A DNA stretch of 64,000 nucleotides from contig DJCU01000035.1 in the NCBI GenBank assembly GCA_002430725.1, forward strand, positions 19,324 through 83,323, in the 5' to 3' direction. The notes under the pieces were generated by a model, which saw only the letters and a program-made list of their open reading frames with translations, was not told the origin of the DNA and ran no database searches. Shown here piece after piece: positions 60,104 to 64,000 of this stretch. Within the stretch, counting starts at the first letter, position 1. Each line of letters opens with the position of its first letter. Origin of the DNA: Candidatus Gottesmanbacteria bacterium UBA5942 (GTDB lineage: Bacteria; Patescibacteriota; Microgenomatia; UBA10105; UBA927). The translations under genes and the position numbers were made by a program.

Positions 60104-60724
60104 TTAACGTGAATAATACTCAATAACTAACTGTGTATTGATGTCTTCTTTAACGTCATCCCGCTCAGGCAATCGGACTACTTTACCGACACCTGATTGA
60201 CGTTCCAGCCAAGCCGGAGGTGTGAATGTTTTATCTTCCAGCATTTTTTTAATCGCAGGAATACTACCTGATTTTGGTTTTAACGTAATCACCTGATCTG
60301 CGGCAACAAGGTATGATGGGATATTTACCCGACTACCATTTACCATAACGTGTCCATGAGATACGAATTGACGCGCACTTGAGCGTGTTGGAGCAAGTCC
60401 TAACCTAAAAAGTGTATTATCAAGTCGGCGCTCCAAAAATTGCACCAACATATCTCCAGTATTACCTCTCCATTTACGAGCCATTGCATAGTAGCGGCGG
60501 AATTGTCGCTCCAATACCCCATACATGCGTTTCATTTTCTGCTTTTCGCGAAGCTGTGTTCCGTATCCGGAAATCTTCCGGCGCATTTTCTGGCCATGCT
60601 GACCAGGTGGAATATTAAGCCTGCGCATTAATCCTGCATGACTTTTTGTTCCTACCGTTTTAAGGCCCAAGTCTATGCCTTCTTTACGCGCTAATCTATT
60701 TTTTGGTCCGTTATATTTTGCCAT
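60104..60724 (-). CDS. rpsD: 30S ribosomal protein S4
   Basis: PGQHG, QLREKQK, LERRLDN, EYYSR. Confidence 0.97.
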   Translation of the reverse strand: MAKYNGPKNRLARKEGIDLGLKTVGTKSHAGLMRRLNIPPGQHGQKMRRKISGYGTQLREKQKMKRMYGVLERQFRRYYAMARKWRGNTGDMLVQFLERRLDNTLFRLGLAPTRSSARQFVSHGHVMVNGSRVNIPSYLVAADQVITLKPKSGSIPAIKKMLEDKTFTPPAWLERQSGVGKVVRLPERDDVKEDINTQLVIEYYSR

Positions 60725-60734
60725 ATAGGTAGTT

Positions 60735-61106
60735 TTATACTCTTCGCTTTTTCTTTGGTCTTACACCGTTATGCGGAATAGGTGTCACATCCGCAATAAG
60801 CGTAATTCCCAAACCAACTGCTTTAAGTGCCCTGAGTGCCGCATCTCTACCCGCTCCTGGCCCTTTGATAAACACTTCAACTTCTCGAAGTCCTGCATCC
60901 ATGGCTTTGCGTGCAACTCCCTCTACTGCGGTTGTTGCCGCATACGGTGTTGCTCTACGTGCACCCTTAAAGCCAACAAGCCCTGATGAGCCCCAGTACA
61001 ACGCATTCCCATGTTCATCAGTAATAGTGACCAACGTGTTATTAAACGTTGCCGTTATGTATACTCTGCCTTTTACTGGAATTGTTTTGGTGACTTTGGT
61101 TGCCAT
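60735..61106 (-). CDS. rpsK: 30S ribosomal protein S11
   Basis: [20 protein letters not shown]. Confidence 0.97.
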   Translation of the reverse strand: MATKVTKTIPVKGRVYITATFNNTLVTITDEHGNALYWGSSGLVGFKGARRATPYAATTAVEGVARKAMDAGLREVEVFIKGPGAGRDAALRALKAVGLGITLIADVTPIPHNGVRPKKKRRV

Positions 61107-61109
61107 AGG

Positions 61110-61517
61110 TTATTTTGTTGCCGCTGCTGTTTCTGTCTTTGCTCGATCTTCCTTCTTGAGTGCTCCGACTGTCATACGCTTGCCGCGCTTTGTCCGAGCG
61201 TTTGTTCTGGTTCGCTGTCCCCGAGAGGGCAAGCGGCGCGCATGTCGTATACCACGATATGATTTAATATCGATAAGTCGTTTGATGCTGTCACCTACTG
61301 AGCGGCGAAGATCCCCCTCTACCATTGTTTCTTTTTCAATGATTTTGGTAAGCTTACTCACTTCATCGTCCGTTAGGGACTTAAATTTTCGCGTCCTGTC
61401 CAATCCAGCTTTATTGAGAATACCAAGCACATTGACTCGTCCTACTCCATAAAGATAGGTAAGTGCGATGTCTAATCGCTTTTCGTTTGGTAAATCAACT
61501 CCAGAAATACGTGCCAT
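61110..61517 (-). CDS. rpsM: 30S ribosomal protein S13
   Basis: MARISGVDLP, RGQRTRTNARTK. Confidence 0.97.
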   Translation of the reverse strand: MARISGVDLPNEKRLDIALTYLYGVGRVNVLGILNKAGLDRTRKFKSLTDDEVSKLTKIIEKETMVEGDLRRSVGDSIKRLIDIKSYRGIRHARRLPSRGQRTRTNARTKRGKRMTVGALKKEDRAKTETAAATK

Positions 61518-61534
61518 AATTATGTATAAATACG

Positions 61535-61648
61535 TTATCCTTGTCTCTGCTTATGCTTCGGGTTTTCACAAATAATGTATACCCGCCCCCTTCGGCGGAC
61601 ATTTTTACATTTTCTACACATTGGTTTTACACTTGCTCGAACTTTCAT
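61535..61648 (-). CDS. rpmJ: 50S ribosomal protein L36
   Basis: [37 protein letters not shown]; not in the ORF track. Confidence 0.97.
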   Translation of the reverse strand: MKVRASVKPMCRKCKNVRRRGRVYIICENPKHKQRQG

Positions 61649-61651
61649 AGG

Positions 61652-61870
61652 TTATTTCATCCTATACGTAATTCTTCCCTTATCAGCATCGTATGGTGAC
61701 ATTTCCAATTTTACCTTGTCACCTGGCATGATGCGGATAAAGTGAAGCCGCATCTTACCTGACAAATGACAAAGTACAATATGATTATTAGCCAGCTTTA
61801 CCCGAAACAATGTATTGGGCAAGCATTCAACTACTTCTCCGTCTATCTCTATATTTCCCTGATGTGCCAT
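61652..61870 (-). CDS. infA: Translation initiation factor IF-1
   Basis: [28 protein letters not shown]. Confidence 0.96.
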   Translation of the reverse strand: MAHQGNIEIDGEVVECLPNTLFRVKLANNHIVLCHLSGKMRLHFIRIMPGDKVKLEMSPYDADKGRITYRMK

Positions 61871-61924
61871 AAAATAACAACAATATTCCCTCTTAGTTAG
61901 AGAGGGAAATCGCTGAAGTACCCT

Positions 61925-61953
61925 ATTGTACCCCATACAGAAGATTTGGTCAA
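61925..61953 (-). promoter_or_regulatory. Promoter of the infA-rpsI block
   Basis: TTGACC-17-TACAAT; leader hairpin TTCCCTCT/AGAGGGAA at 61886-61908. Confidence 0.65.
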
Positions 61954-61981
61954 CCCATGCCCAAAAAATGCTGCGAGAGCC

Positions 61982-63595
61982 TCAAAAGTATCCCTCATTA
62001 ATAAGTTCTTTTCGCTTTTCATCATCTATCCACGCAGGAAACTCACCGCTTTCCGATGCATAACGTGGCGACTTATTGAGGATATGCTCCAACGCGCTAT
62101 CCAGATGCAGTGCTACAGAGGGGTGCTCACCGAGGATATTCCGCTGCTCATGGGGGTCGGTGAGCAAATCGAACAGTTCAGTGTATTTTTTATCTGGCAT
62201 ATTATTTTTGTATAATTTCCACCTGTTATTTCGTATAGATGTAATTGCGTCTTTGCGGTGCTGACCTACAAGGTACGTATCGCCCACATGTTGTTCTCCC
62301 TTCCCCATTATGATTGGTAAAAAGCTTCTTCCATCAACCGGTTGCTTTTGAGCAATACCAACGAGCGACAATAGCGTGGGGTATATATCCACCATCTGTA
62401 CCAATTCGTGATACACGCCCCGCATGGCTTTTGGCACCGACACAATAAGCGGTGTGTGTGTTTCTTCATTGTAAATATTCCATCCATGATCGAAATACCC
62501 ATGCTCCATAAATGCCTCACCATTATCAGAAAAAAATATAACAATCGTTTTTCTTTTTACCTCAGGTTTACGTAAAAAAGCGAGTAACTCAAAAATATCG
62601 CCATCAGTATGAAATAGTTTTTCATCATACAAGCCCTTAAGATAGGAGACCATCCTTTTATCTTGGTTATTTATTTTCCCCCAATACCACGTCATCCTCA
62701 GGTCATACTGCTCAAACTGAGGTAAACTATCTACAATCTCGCGAGCTTTCTCGAGATTATTAATCGCAAGCGCCGCACGTAAGTCTCCGACTATTTGCTG
62801 GTTCTTCATCCGGCTTTGTGCAGTAGTCGCGCTTTGTAGCCTACGTACATAATCGGCAATAACAAACTCATAAAATGATCGTGTGTGTGCTTTGTATTGC
62901 TCCACTGATACGGGTATATCGGTATACTCAGGAGCTTCTTCGTACAATCTCTCTCCCTCTCCTGGTAAATAAGGAGTGTGCGGGGCATACGAATGAAGAA
63001 ATATAAACGTTGGTGTGCCGTCTAACAATTTTGGAAACAATTTTTTGTACTCTGCAGGGTCGCTTCCCTGATGCATGTCATATATTTCCGAAAATCCACG
63101 TCCCAAGCCTTTATCCAGCGGCAATAAAATATCATCAGTGACACCGCCCCATATTGTCCGGTATCCACGAGCAGCAAGCGTCTCTGCAAGCTGTGGAATA
63201 TCTGTCGACAACGAATCAGTAAATCCATTAATAACTTGATGTGTACTGGGATAAAGACCAGTAAAAAGTGACATGTGGCTATCAAGTGTTATCGAAGACT
63301 GCGTATAAAATCGAGAAAATAATATATTTTCTCCGGCATATGCACATAAGTTTGGCATCGTATTCCGCTCGTACCCATAGCACGGCAATTCCGGAGCGCG
63401 CATAGTATCCAAATTTACCATTACAATATTGCAGTCCAAACATGGGGCAACTCCGGGTATACTAAAAGGTAATCGATAGATAAGTTCAGCAAATATCCGG
63501 CGCGCAATAGTTGGCTTCCACAACAACACAGCGATGACACCAGTTATTATCGCGAGCGCAATCCACGCGCTATTTTTTTTAAATCTATTACTCAT
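61982..63595 (-). CDS. Membrane-anchored sulfatase-superfamily hydrolase/transferase
   Basis: NIV...DTMR, SHMSLFTG, H.PY, SDNGE, DH, DIYPT. Confidence 0.85.
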   Translation of the reverse strand: MSNRFKKNSAWIALAIITGVIAVLLWKPTIARRIFAELIYRLPFSIPGVAPCLDCNIVMVNLDTMRAPELPCYGYERNTMPNLCAYAGENILFSRFYTQSSITLDSHMSLFTGLYPSTHQVINGFTDSLSTDIPQLAETLAARGYRTIWGGVTDDILLPLDKGLGRGFSEIYDMHQGSDPAEYKKLFPKLLDGTPTFIFLHSYAPHTPYLPGEGERLYEEAPEYTDIPVSVEQYKAHTRSFYEFVIADYVRRLQSATTAQSRMKNQQIVGDLRAALAINNLEKAREIVDSLPQFEQYDLRMTWYWGKINNQDKRMVSYLKGLYDEKLFHTDGDIFELLAFLRKPEVKRKTIVIFFSDNGEAFMEHGYFDHGWNIYNEETHTPLIVSVPKAMRGVYHELVQMVDIYPTLLSLVGIAQKQPVDGRSFLPIIMGKGEQHVGDTYLVGQHRKDAITSIRNNRWKLYKNNMPDKKYTELFDLLTDPHEQRNILGEHPSVALHLDSALEHILNKSPRYASESGEFPAWIDDEKRKELINEGYF

Positions 63596-64000
63596 TACTA
63601 TTTGTTCGGGGTTGTCTCATTTCATCGATATGCTGTAATAGTTTTTCCAACAACTCTTTCCTTTGAGAAGAACTTTGCTGATAGATATCAACGAGTTCTC
63701 CGCGGTCTTTGGTTATATTAAAAAGTTTTTTTGTCTGCATCTCTTCATCGAGAATAAGTTTCCATCCATCTGCACTCCGTATAGCCCTCTGCATGGTAGC
63801 GTAACGGTATACCGTTTCCGGATATATATCTAAACTCAATGTTTTCCCTTCCATCAGTGGCAACAAACTTTCTCCCTGTATTTGCGATTGCATACTCGGT
63901 GTTAACGTCAAACCTGCTAATGAAAAAAGTGTGGGTAGTATATCGATATTTCGCACCTGTTGCGATACTTTCCTATTCCCCGAATTTTTGGGCGGAATTA
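63588..64000 (-). CDS. Sulfatase-superfamily protein, C-terminal part only
   Basis: IDILPT, GESLLP, WKLI, LFN...D.GE; frame is open to the window edge. Confidence 0.8.
   Translation of the reverse strand, partial: IPPKNSGNRKVSQQVRNIDILPTLFSLAGLTLTPSMQSQIQGESLLPLMEGKTLSLDIYPETVYRYATMQRAIRSADGWKLILDEEMQTKKLFNITKDRGELVDIYQQSSSQRKELLEKLLQHIDEMRQPRTNSNE

Noticed and set aside
58429-61452. Long plus-strand ORFs opposite the ribosomal genes
   Set aside because: They are antisense shadows of highly conserved genes.

Overview
This is 64 kb of core chromosome from a small-genome bacterium using the standard genetic code (TGA is a stop). Gene content and promoter style point to a CPR/Patescibacteria, Microgenomates-like organism; that assignment is an inference. 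Recognisable genes include sufCBD, engB, greA, mutY, an ECF sigma cluster, era, gltX, a D-Ala-D-Ala carboxypeptidase, aspS, recJ, cca, secDF, comM, rnpB, miaAB, an ABC-2 system, hup, rny/recX/recA, trmH, the infA-rpsI ribosomal block, two sulfatase-like genes, and CCA-less tRNA-Gln(CTG) and tRNA-Pro(GGG). I found no CRISPR array, transposase or prophage. The most interesting signals are: (1) aspS fused to a YeaK/ProXp-y-like tRNA-editing domain and led by a transcriptional T-box with an ultra-short Stem I whose apical loop holds the Asp codon GAC; (2) a divergent locus with a consensus promoter, a leader peptide with a 1:2/2:3/3:4 attenuator, a boxA-like site, orphan microproteins and long hairpins; (3) a dispersed two-hairpin element whose copies covary; (4) a compact 6S-like RNA upstream of an RNase Y that lacks its membrane anchor; (5) tandem repeats of the rnpB 3' end; and (6) widespread leaderless gene architecture. 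All RNA structures were derived by eye.
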